64,000 nt of DNA from the NCBI RefSeq assembly GCF_009914755.1, contig NC_060926.1, one strand, 5' to 3'. The notes under the pieces were generated by a model. It ran no database searches. It was not told the origin of the DNA and saw nothing but the letters and a program-made list of their open reading frames with translations. This stretch comes from the human T2T-CHM13v2.0 reference genome, Homo sapiens. Positions 20,445-30,935 of this stretch are shown in pieces (the stretch's first letter is position 1; every line of letters starts with the position of its first letter). The position numbers and the translations under genes are program-made.

Positions 20445-20543
20445 AACATTCTGATGAGCTAAGTGTAAATGAATCAGAGACATGTAGATTAAATTTCTCT
20501 TGAAACATACATGGGTTTAAAAAATTATGGGGAAAGTGCCTGG
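20445..20543 (+). repeat. Copy A of an unclassified 99-bp dispersed direct repeat (paralog at 32757-32855)
   Basis: Manual ungapped alignment gives 79/99 identical, with exact core taagtgtaaatgaatcag. Confidence 0.9.
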
Positions 20544-21369
20544 CAAAATGTGCTAAAGGGATTTGCCAAACCCCACATGTCTGACAGAGCTGGAGAAAAG
20601 AAGCCAAGACAAAAACTCTGTTTGGTCATTTATTCTTCCAGGTACTAACCACAAAGGTGTCTCAAAACGCATATCAAGGCTTCAGAAGACGAGAATGTTC
20701 TTAAACCCCCTGATAGTCAAACAAACAAAGCCACTAACTTTAGAAAAAAAAAAAAAAAAAAAAAAAAAACCACATTATTTCTCAGGGAAATCAGTCCTAA
20801 ATATGAGATTATCCTAGTGGCTACCAACACAGAACTCTATGAAAGGCTCAATTTGTAAAAGATAATCAGCTCTAGGGTTGAAGAACATGGTCCTGACTTT
20901 GACCATTCAATTTCCCACATGTTGGAGAAGGAAGAAGAAACTCTTTCCGTGCCACATCATTTATGCTGTGCTTTGGTACAAGCGCAGCAACCTTAGTGAA
21001 ATAGACTCTGTGTTCTGCTTTATGAGATCCATTGTGCATAAAAATATTTTACAGGGTAAACGGTTGGTTTGATTTATACAACAGTGAATATTACCCTGCT
21101 TTTTTTTTACATGTGTATAACAAATTAAAGTTTACAGCTTAAATTAGTACGGGGTCCTATTCCATGCTTCCTTGGTTTTTCCCTAGACATATCTTTAGTG
21201 GTGAGCAAGAAGCATTTCCATCTGTCCTCAGGTAAAAAAACTTCTTTTATAGAAATGGGCAAAGAAATCAGAAGATGCCCAAGTAGAAGAGTTCTTCCTC
21301 GTCTTTTCATGTTTGGTGGTGAGCAAGCACACGGTATGCAGACGCCATAGCTGTGTTCTTCTCGCACTA

Positions 21370-21492
21370 AGGCTGTGTCTTAGTGAAGGCAGTGCTCTTG
21401 TCTGCCATATTCACAGCTCTATCATAATTTCCAGCATGACACCAGGCAACAAGGCACTTGATAAATATCTGTTGCATATTTGTGAATGAATA
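21370..21492 (+). mobile_element. L2 3' end fragment
   Basis: 'aggcacttgataaatatctgttg...tgaatgaat' L2 tail. Confidence 0.6.
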
Positions 21493-22452
21493 CAGCAGAG
21501 CCAGAATAACTACCATCTATTTTTCCCTCAATCAAAGACTCACATACGACAGCGGACAAATCTATCATTTGTCTATGTACACTACCCTCTAATAGCCTTT
21601 CCTTTTATAGCTATGAATTCTTTGAAAATGTTTCAAGATTTTCTTCCCAGCAAAGTCAGAATAGCCTATGCCAACCCCAATTAGCTTTGTGACTATTGGG
21701 AAGTAAATGGGACAGAGGGCATTTTCATCAGCCCACCAACTCCAGCATTAAGTGCCTTTTAAAACTGGCTTTCTGATAAGCAAAGCTCTCCAAGCTTCCA
21801 GGCACTTAAACATTTATCTGTAAATATTTGACAGTGATAAAGAGATGGGTGCAGGTTAAGTGGACGCATCTTCAGATCTTTACAGAGCAAAGAGGCTATC
21901 AACCTGACTCTTAAAAACATGCCTCAGGTTTTCAATTGTCTGCCCTTCAATGTTTCCATGAGCTTCCTTGGATCATTTACCTGCCTTAGTCAACCTTAAA
22001 CAAATACCAGTTTGCACTCTGGCCTCCAACCTGTACTTCCAGAGTTATGGGGGATGCCTGACTTGCTTGTTAGAACTCACAATGTGGATGCTAACCTTGA
22101 CTTTCTAGATAGAAGAAAATCTTCTCAAACGCTACCTGCAGCATTCTCCCTTAAAGGTAGAAATAACAGTATGCCTTCTGTCTCATATTTTGTCTTTACC
22201 TCTGTATTGCTAATTCAATCCATTAAGCTGCCTTCACTGAGGAAAAACAATATTTTAACATGCTTAGATTCAATTAGAGAAGAAGCAAATCCCCTTCCCA
22301 CAGAGTCAAGCCTGGTGATGTTGGTTTTTACAGGAAGAACTTGACTAGTGTCATTCGGCATCACAGTAGTGATATCACTTCAATCTACAACTGTGAGTGT
22401 CTACACAGCCTCAAAAGACGCAGCTACCCATACACTGAGTTCAGGCACCAAC

Positions 22453-22537
22453 CAACCCAGTCAAAGCAATAGTCAATTGAACTGGTAATTTGACTGGGTT
22501 GAAGGGTTGTTTGATTGAACTGATTAATTCAGTTCAA
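22453..22537. other. Tandem pair of inverted repeats (double hairpin)
   Basis: Perfect 13-bp arms caacccagtcaaa (22453-22465) / tttgactgggttg (22489-22501); 9-bp arms ttgaactga (22515-22523) / tcagttcaa (22529-22537). Confidence 0.9.
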
Positions 22538-22734
22538 AGCAGTTATCCTGGGAACCCCCTGTTGCCCAAACTGTCCCACTGTGGAATGAATGTGGACCAC
22601 AGTGGACACAGGGAAACAGGAGAGATTGGCAGAAAGCCATTGGCTGCCAGACTGCTGAGCCACAGTGCCTGAAGTATCATGGAATAAATTTCCAAAACAG
22701 CAACTTTACTTTCTGTGTTCTCCACCTTGTCTGA

Positions 22735-22965
22735 GAGCTGTGATGTTGTTAAGAGCAAGAACTCTGGAAACAATTACCTTGGACCAAATCTCATGTCTGT
22801 CACTTACCATCTTTGTGACTTTGAGTGACTTAACTAATCACTCTCTGCCTCCAGTCTATAATTTGGGCATAATACTACCCATCTTACTGGGTTGTTTAGT
22901 GAATCAACAGGTTAATACATATAAAGCACTTAATAAACAATGAATGTTAGCCATTATTTTTGTTA
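22735..22965 (+). mobile_element. MIR SINE
   Basis: 'gttaagagcaagaactctgga...cacttaccatctttgtgactttgagtgacttaactaatcactctctgcctc...ataaagcactta'. Confidence 0.8.
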
Positions 22966-23309
22966 TTATCTAACAAAAGGAAATTTCAGATAGGAGCCTT
23001 CATAGTATGAATAGAATTTCCCAGATTGCCTTGGATACTTTTGAATTTGAAATAATATATTTCCTAGTAAAGACATTTTCATTTGTCAATAAATATTTTA
23101 TTTTTCCAGAGTTCTCCAAATACTCATAGGTATACTAAATATATCAACAGAAAGGTTACCTGGAATTATCCTTTTGAAAACTTTCATAGTGGTGCTAAAA
23201 TGACCAGAACTCTTCCTGTGTTGACTAAAACAATCTTTTAGAGAGATGAAATGTGTAGAAAAAAATTAATTTTGTGTGTCACGCCTGGGGCCACTGTGTC
23301 TCCTGGGCA

Positions 23310-23465
23310 CAGAGCTGGCTTCATAGGCTCATAGGTCCCGCACTTAGAAGGCCCCACACTTGGTTTAATGCTCTGCTGGCATCATTTTGAAAGGCTGAAT
23401 AACGTGAATAAAGAACTCCGCATTTCATTTTGCAGTGGTCCCTGCGTGTCACGTAGCTGGTCCTG
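23310..23465. mobile_element. MER91-like hAT-Tip100 DNA transposon
   Basis: Termini cagagctggct...agctggtcctg; internal 'cacttagaaggccccacacttggtttaatgctctgct'; 8-bp TSD cctgggca / cctgggtg. Confidence 0.8.
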
Positions 23466-25630
23466 CCTGGGTGTGACCTATTACTGAGAGGTAGAGTAAT
23501 GCAAATTCCACAATTAGGAGCGTTTCAGTTAGAAGATATTTGTATGATACTTGAAGCTGAGACATAAGGTTCCCTGTTTCTTCCTGTCTGTTGGGGAAGC
23601 TGCCTCAATGACCACAGCTGCCTCACGGCACAGGCTCACGGAGCCTCTCCATTAACTGCTTCACTGGGTTCTCACAGGTTGGGGGAGTTGATAAGAAACG
23701 GGATTCTCAGTCATTTCCCTCACCTGCAATTCCATAGATGTCTGCTCATTATTCAAAAACATATTTTGAATCATTTTAAGAGCCTAAAAGTTTCTCGATA
23801 CCATACACTGAAAGAAAGATTTGGGTTTCTCTCCCCCATCCCAGCCTTCTCTAGTTCATGGCTCATTCAGAAGCTCTTGACGTGGTCTCTGTATTGTTTT
23901 TCTACAGCATGAGATAAAAACTACTGTTTTAGTTGTTTGATTTTTACTGTGTGATTAGTCTAGGCATGATAGACAGGAAAGCACGTAAAGCATTATTTTA
24001 TTTGAAAGCCAGAAGCACATCATGTTTATTAATAAAGAGCCTGGTTTACATAGATTTTATTATTATTGAGCATAAAATGGTTTATATTACAAGCAAGGGT
24101 GAAATTACTAACTAATTAGCCTGTGAAGATCACGTTTAATGGAATATATAAATCTAGGGCATTGCTTTTTTTTTTCCCCTTGCAAACCTTAAGGGTCTTT
24201 TTCATTAAACATGTACATATGCAGTCTTCATGCTGAAACAGAGGATTGTGATACACAATTCAAGGTCAAATGATTCACTTTGTGTTTCCCAAAGTCCAAA
24301 ATCTCAGTGCTTTAAATTCCTTAACTCTTAAGAAAGCTCGTTTCAATACACAGCTGCTTTGGTGTGAATGCTGAATTCAACTATCAATGATGGTAAAGAG
24401 AAAAGCAAATAATGATGGAGTGAAGCAAAGGTGAAGACTGTAAGGGCTAAATTTCCTCCTCTCTCTCTGTATCCCTCTCTCAGTACTATAGCTTAAGACC
24501 CACTTAACTCTTCCAAAGGAACTTTGTTTCTATTAACTCAGAGGATTGCACAACCTTTGTAAACACACCATTCTCATGTATTTCAGTTAAATTTCGTAAT
24601 AGCACCATAAAATGTGACAGGCGTTGCAATAAATTCTCAGTCACAGGAAGCCCAAATTGTATGGGGAAATTACTAGAAACCATGTCTCAGAAGGAAGGAA
24701 GAAATGCAAAATTCTTCAAGAACCTGGAAAAATAATGTTAAATGTTTCCTTAAAGTGTGTGTCTCTCATTGAAATAAAATGAAGACTGTGTTTTAAGTAA
24801 GATTTCAAAGTTTGAAGCAGTGTGGCTATTTTAATCACCCGACTTCACTCACATTCTTGAATGCTGGTTCCTGCCTCAAGGCCACTGGAGAGGAGATAGC
24901 CCTTCCTCTTTCCCTACCCTCTACCACTTCGGAATCGGGGTGCTCTTATCAACAGGGGGCTAAAACTGCAAGGATGCACACAAATGTGTGCTGCGAATTT
25001 TTTATTTTCAGAAGGAGCTTTACGGGTAAAACTTAGAGTATATTGGGCTTATCATCTATTCATTGGTTAAAAGTTGACTTGCAACATAGTGTGATTCTAG
25101 TTTTTACATTCAAAATCCAAGTCACCACACTGTGGACAACACACTTCTGTTTTGGGAAGCTAGAGTATGCTTATGTGAAAGAACAGAGGCCTCCGTACAG
25201 GAGTTTGGCTAATTGGGAGAAAGTTGTTTCATTCCTCCCTTGCTTATTCGAACAGCCTCAGGGTGACTACAACAATCAAAACCAAACCAAAACAAAAAAC
25301 CCAGTTTAGCAGCTATGATAATACTAGAGTGATTTTCAGTTACTCTGTGACCATCCCAACACCCCGAAATGCTTAAAACATTATTCACAATGAAAATAAC
25401 GCTGCATGCTGCCATAAAGTCCCCGTCATTCCGTTTTATGGAAGTGCTTTTGTTTAATGTCAGAACTCAGAGCAAATCTAGACTTACCAGTCCATAAGAT
25501 TTGCATTCAGGAGACGTTGTGTGTAGAAGAACTTCAGTATGGGCTCTGGAGGGCCTAGGATCCTGGGACACGGTGGGATTTGCGAACTCTGGGAGCCGGG
25601 CCTGCCAGGCTCACGTCATTTAAAGATGAA

Positions 25631-25649
25631 CACTGCCCCCTGCTGGCAA
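25631..25649 (-). promoter_or_regulatory. CTCF-binding motif
   Basis: Minus strand reads TGCCAGCAGGGGGCAGTG, a full match to core CCASYAGRKGGCRS, in locally CpG-retaining non-repeat DNA. Confidence 0.7.
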
Positions 25650-26549
25650 GAGTACGCATTGCCGCCAGAAGAACTTCGAGGGTGGAAAACAACCACTGTT
25701 TAAAGGGGAAATTAATTTCAATTACCGCACCTTTTTTCACTTCTTAGCTGTCAGTTCAGAAGAATTATAACTGCAAAGAATCACTATTGCATGGAAAAAC
25801 AACTCGGTTCATTTTATGACTGTTAGTCATCTTTATGAGCTACCATCACTGGCAAAGAGCCACCTAAATGAAAGGACAAGAGAAACAAAGGCAGCCACGG
25901 TGGTGCCGGAAACTTTTGAGATGGAGCAGGGCCTGGAGAAGAGAAAACTCTGCAGGTGTTAATAGTTCAGAGTCTGACGTAGCCAGTTGCACCACCAAAA
26001 GGTAGAGTGGGAACTCAAGCCAAGCTGTAGTTCTGAGAGCTCTCCAGAGCCTCTGAATCGCCTTATTTTCTGCCCCATTCCCTCTTGCCCCCTAATCTGA
26101 GCATCATGGGAGCTGCCCGGAGGAGTGGAGCACAGGGCTGGAGCCCCATTCTAAGGACGTGTTAGAACACCATAAGGACATTCCATAGGTGCCCTCCCTT
26201 CCCCAGCTTCGTGGGGTGAGCTGTGATCAAGGTGATCTCCAAGAGCAAGGCTGCAGGGGAGAAAGGCCCATCCAATGGATTCATTAGAAACAAAGAGTTG
26301 CCTGCTCTGGCAACCTCAAAGGCAATTGTCATTGAATCTCCTGTAGCCTCTTTGAGTTAGGAAAACTCGGAGGGAGGTTGTTGAGGGGAGTCTGGAAACG
26401 CAACTCACATTCACACGAAAGGGAGGTGGCAGTCCTGGGGAGAGCTAACAGGTAGCAACTCTCGATTTGAAAATTTGGATTACACAAATTGAGCACATGC
26501 CCCTTTTCATGCTGTTAGAAGACAGGGCTAGGATCTACTTTCATGAAAT

Positions 26550-26790
26550 GGTTCGGCAAATGTTATAGAGGGTCCACTGTGTGCCAGCTTCCTGCAGTGT
26601 CTCACAAGTCTTCATTCAGGCAGTCCTTCACAGATCACAAAGAACGGTCATGCCACTCTATCAACACAACTCCCTGAGGCAGGAATTATGACCTCCCCTC
26701 TATATGTTAAAAAATTTGCAATTAGAAAGATTAAATAACTTGCTTATGTTCGTGCAGTTAATAAGTAGAAGACAGCCTGTGTTCATCCTG
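26550..26790 (-). mobile_element. MIR SINE (degenerate)
   Basis: 'cactgtgtgccag...caacacaactccctgaggcagg...gattaaataacttgcttatgttc...cagttaataagtagaag'. Confidence 0.6.
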
Positions 26791-26816
26791 CCTTGGGTAT
26801 TTTAGAGTTGGCATTA

Positions 26817-26944
26817 GCAGGAGGATCGCTTGAGGCCAGGAGTTCGACGCTGCCGTGAGCTATGATCGCGCCACTGCACGCTAGCCCGGGCGATAGAGTG
26901 AGACCCTGTCTCTCAAATAAAACAAAACAAAAGAAAAAACAAAA
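26817..26944 (+). mobile_element. Alu right-arm monomer (FRAM/AluJo-like) with A-rich tail
   Basis: 'gcaggaggatcgcttgaggccaggagttcga...gtgagctatgatcgcgccactgcac...gagtgagaccctgtctc' followed by (AAAAC)n. Confidence 0.9.
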
Positions 26945-27209
26945 CTCAAAGTCTCCATATCAACCTATGAAAATACAAATGCAAAACTGGGTAACCAAAG
27001 AAGTCTATTAAATATGTACCTAATTAATTGATGAACTCCTTGTAGGAAGTAGCACTGGCCCGCAAAGCACCACCATGCTTTTTAAATAAGAACTAATTCA
27101 ACATTTTATTTTTTAATTAGCAGTCCCTTTCGATTAGGTGACATATTTATATTACTCATTTCAGAATAATTATTATACTTACGGAACAAATAATATATTC
27201 CTTCAAAAA

Positions 27210-28090
27210 CACCTCCCCCTCATTAACATTCTCTAGCTCATCTCCACTTTGCTTCCAGAATTGTCTTTGTAATCCTAAATAAAATATTTTCAAATGTTAC
27301 TTCCCTCCTCAAAATTCTTTATTGTCCTCTGGAACTAGATGTTAACAAGCGCACTATAAGAAGTATTTCAAAACCAAATCAAAGGTTTTAAGAAAGCTTC
27401 ATTTTATATCTTCCTCTTGACATATTAATGCTCTGAAAATCCTACAGTAAAAAAAAAATTAACTTTTTTGTACTAAACATTTCTCAAATATATTGGACCA
27501 CAGAATGTTTTTAAATTAATGGAACAGCTATTAACATATCGACGAATCTGGGGAATACAGTTTATGTAATATTGGCTGCCTTGATAAAATCTGGACTCTT
27601 TAGCATGGCACATGGGCTTTTCATAAACCAATACTTGCCTACCGTCTCCAGCTTCATTTCCTACCCTCCGCCCTCATATGCCCCACAGCAGACCCAACTA
27701 TTTGCTATTTCCAGAATGTATCTTGTTCTCTCTGCCTCAATTTTTTTTTTAAATACACTGGTCCTTCTGCCTAGAGCATCCTGGGGCTTCTGTGTTCATC
27801 TGATCCCCTCCTAACCATTCTTTCAAATTCAAGTCAAGTCTTCCTTCTCTGTGAAGACTCCCCCACTACCCCCAACACTTCCCTAACGCCTCCCATGAAG
27901 ACTTACACCCTGCTCCTTCTTTCCCCTGGCCCTGTGGGTACCTCCCTCCATTTACTATACCAATGTGGGGTGGGGGGAATTCCTCTGTTTTCCCATTAAC
28001 TGCTCAAAGGCTCCAAAGTAACTCTGTTTCTTAGGATTTATCATAATGCCTAGAATGTTCGGGGATCAACGCCTGGAGAATTTTGCACTG
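27210..28090 (+). mobile_element. Degenerate L2 with an embedded hAT-Charlie-like relic (~27340-27560)
   Basis: L2-like 'ctctttagcatggcacatgggcttttcataa...caagtcttccttctctgtgaagactccc'; Charlie-like 'catttctcaaatatattggaccacagaa'. Confidence 0.5.
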
Positions 28091-28179
28091 AGATTCTCTT
28101 CCTTATTTTAATTTCTTCTTTATTCAAAGTAGTCCTACACAAAGCAATTTTATCTCTTCTTAAAGTCTTGATGATACTA

Positions 28180-28400
28180 CTACTAATAGCTCATAGTTAT
28201 TGTGTGTTAACTATGTGCCAGGCTCCATACTAAGTGTTTTTTATGGAATACATTGTTTAATGATCTCAACCGCCATATGATATGAATATATGATTATCTC
28301 CATCTTACAGATGAGGAAATCAGGCACATAGAAATGAAGTCATTTGCTCAAGGTTACACAACAGGTGGAAGCAGAGTTGGGATTTGTACCCAAAGAGTCT
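28180..28400 (-). mobile_element. MIR SINE
   Basis: 'ctatgtgccaggc...catcttacagatgaggaaatcaggcacatagaaatgaagtcatttgctcaaggttacaca'. Confidence 0.85.
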
Positions 28401-28789
28401 CTCGGTTTCTAGTCAAACAAGGAAAAAGTTCACTACAATAGAAGTAGAAAAATAAGGTATGAGTTTTCCTCCAATTCACAAAGGAGGAGGAAGAATTATG
28501 CTTGGATATTTATGGTGCAGTGTAGGAGGACCACAAAGGAACTACAAATGGGTCTCGCAAAAACCCACCTGTTAGGTTCTTGGGGAAAATAAGCGAGCAT
28601 TATAAAGAAGACTGGAAATGTTATTTATCTGTAAGAATGAAGCAGCCTTCAGGGGTTACCTGGAGGGCCAGCTGGAGGCTAATCTCCAACTAAGCTCCTG
28701 CTGTTTTATCCCTAGGGCAATGGGAATATCAGTGGCAGCTGTTTTAACAGCAGCTGGGGCTACAGTGGTGTGGTTACCATAACCACCAT

Positions 28790-28942
28790 GATCACCTCAA
28801 CAGCCCATGTGGATCTGTCCCCAGCCCTGTAGTCTCCTCTCTACAGATGGGGAAACTGAGGCTCAGTGGGCCCAGTGACTGCTTAAGGTCACTCAGTTAA
28901 TAACAAAGTTGAGCTCAAATCCAGATCTGACTTCAAAGCCCC
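28790..28942 (-). mobile_element. MIR SINE
   Basis: 'ctacagatggggaaactgaggctcag...aaggtcactcag...ccagatctgacttcaaagccc'. Confidence 0.85.
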
Positions 28943-29859
28943 TCGAAAGACTCTCAGGAAACCAAGCAGTCTTTAGAAGCCCACTAGGATTTTAGCTGCT
29001 TATGTGAAATTGTATATTCTCTTGTATTCTTTTCTTGAATGTTAGCCTGAACATCCAAAACCAGACTGTTTACCTCTTGAGACAGAATGTTATGCTTTTG
29101 TCTATCACTGTTGAGTGGAGAGTACATATTCATTGAACGTTTCTGCACTGATTAAATGAGGACCAAAAGCAAAGGTGTAGATGGAGTGGTGGAGACTCTC
29201 CCTGACTTGCAGGCAAAGGCAGCCTGTCAGAGGCTCTGGGCGTTTCTCCTGAGACTACATGCTGTGTGGAACCTATGCACGTCCCTTGCCTCTGCCTCTG
29301 ACTGGCTGCAAGATGGTAATTAAGCCTCTTAGTGTCTCGGGGTCTGCAGGCCATCGTTAATAAAATGAGGTTATAGGTTCCTCTGAGGGTTCTTCTAACA
29401 CTACATTTCCAGAGTGATATTTTCAGAATTGAAGGGAATAGAAATTTCCCCCAGGAATTCCAACATGACTGGTAAACAATTTGCATTTTCAGTGGTTTGC
29501 ATAAGAATCTGAAAACCTAAGTATTATATTTCCAGTATATAGCTTGCTTTTAAAAATAAATGAATAAGGAAATAGGCTGGCTCTCTTCCTACTGAACATG
29601 CCTGTTGCCTAAGCTTCTCAACCATAAAGAAGGCCTTAGGCTTTATATGTTTCTTGTATCATGATTAATGTCACAATCCAATAGTAATAATGGTGCTCTA
29701 AATAGGAGCCAGAGATCACAGAGCATGCTACCCCCTTAATACCTGAGAAAGTCTTTCATTTTTAATGACTATGACTGCTTTAGGAAAAGGGCTGGCGAGG
29801 CCTCAGAGATGCCCCCTCCGTGCTGACACCTCCAACCTGAGATGGACTCTTTAAGCCCC

Positions 29860-30067
29860 TGCTATGGACTGAATTGTGTCTCTGTCAAAAGTTACGTGTT
29901 GAAACCTGAACCCTCAATGTGACTATATTTAAAGATACGGCCTTTAGGCAGGTAATTAAGATTAAATAAAGTCAGAAGAGTGGGGCCCTAATCTGATAGG
30001 ACTAGTGTTGTTATAAGAAGAGGAAGAGACACGTGCTCTCGTGTGCTCTCTCTCTCTCTCTACACAA

Positions 30068-30102
<35 letters not shown>

Positions 30103-30303
30103 CAGAGAGAGAAAAGGCCATGTGAGGGTACAGCAAGAAGGTAGCTGTCTGCAAGCCAGGAAGAGAGGCCTCAGGAGAAACCAAACCTGCCAACACCTTG
30201 ATCTCAGGCTTCCAGCCTCCAGAACTGTAAGAAAATAAATTTCTGTCGTTTAAGCCACCCAGTCTGTGGTATTCTGTTATGGCAGCCAGAGCCGGCTAAC
30301 ACA
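29860..30303 (+). mobile_element. MLT1A-like MaLR solo LTR with internal microsatellite
   Basis: Starts tgctatggactgaattgtgtc; ends 'tttaagccacccagtctgtggtattctgttatggcagcc...ctaacaca'. Confidence 0.9.
30046..30112. repeat. Compound microsatellite (CT)n-(CA)n-(GA)n
   Basis: Read directly from the sequence. Confidence 0.95.
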
Positions 30304-30809
30304 CTCCCTAGGGCTGACATTGTGATATCCTCAAAGTAACTTTCATATTTTTTCAGTGACTTAATCACGACTACTTGTTTTCCTTACGTCGGAGTTTAAG
30401 AATTGAAGCAGGATTTCTAATTTCTCCTCATATTAGCTCATTTCTTTATCTCCCAACCTTCGTAGGTGTAAAAGGCTGATTTCCTAGAGCTAAGCCTGCT
30501 CTCCCAGCCTCTGGAATTTGGCCACAGGCAAGAGACGGGAAAACGCCCGTTCCTCGCAAAGGCCTCTCCATTTTTCCTAAGAGAACTCCTGGAGACTTTG
30601 TGCACGCCTCTCAGCTGGCAGCCCTCCCAGACGCATCATCCTGTGTCCACCGGGCAAACCAGGCCCTACAGCTCTGTACTGTCCTGTGGATGCCCACCTG
30701 CCTACCTGCCATTTTCCCCACATGTCAGTCTATGGCTTTGCCTGAGGAAGAAAGACAAATGCAGATTGCCACTTCACTGCAGTGTCTAGTTTTACTGATA
30801 TTTATCGAT

Positions 30810-30935
30810 TCACCCTTACATTCAACAAATGGTTACTAACGCCTATTACATGCTGGACTCTGTTCCAGGAACTTGGGATATTGCAGTGAACAAAACAAGC
30901 AAAAATCCCTATCTTCATGGAGTTTACATTTTATT
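30810..30935 (-). mobile_element. L2 3' end
   Basis: 'cattcaacaaatggttactaacgcctattacatgctgg...gcagtgaacaaaacaagcaaaaatccctatcttcatggagtttacattt'. Confidence 0.85.

Noticed and set aside
20296-20607. 103-aa ORF spanning twin copy A as a coding explanation for the duplication
   Set aside because: The equivalent frame in copy B has a TGA stop, and mismatches lack codon periodicity.
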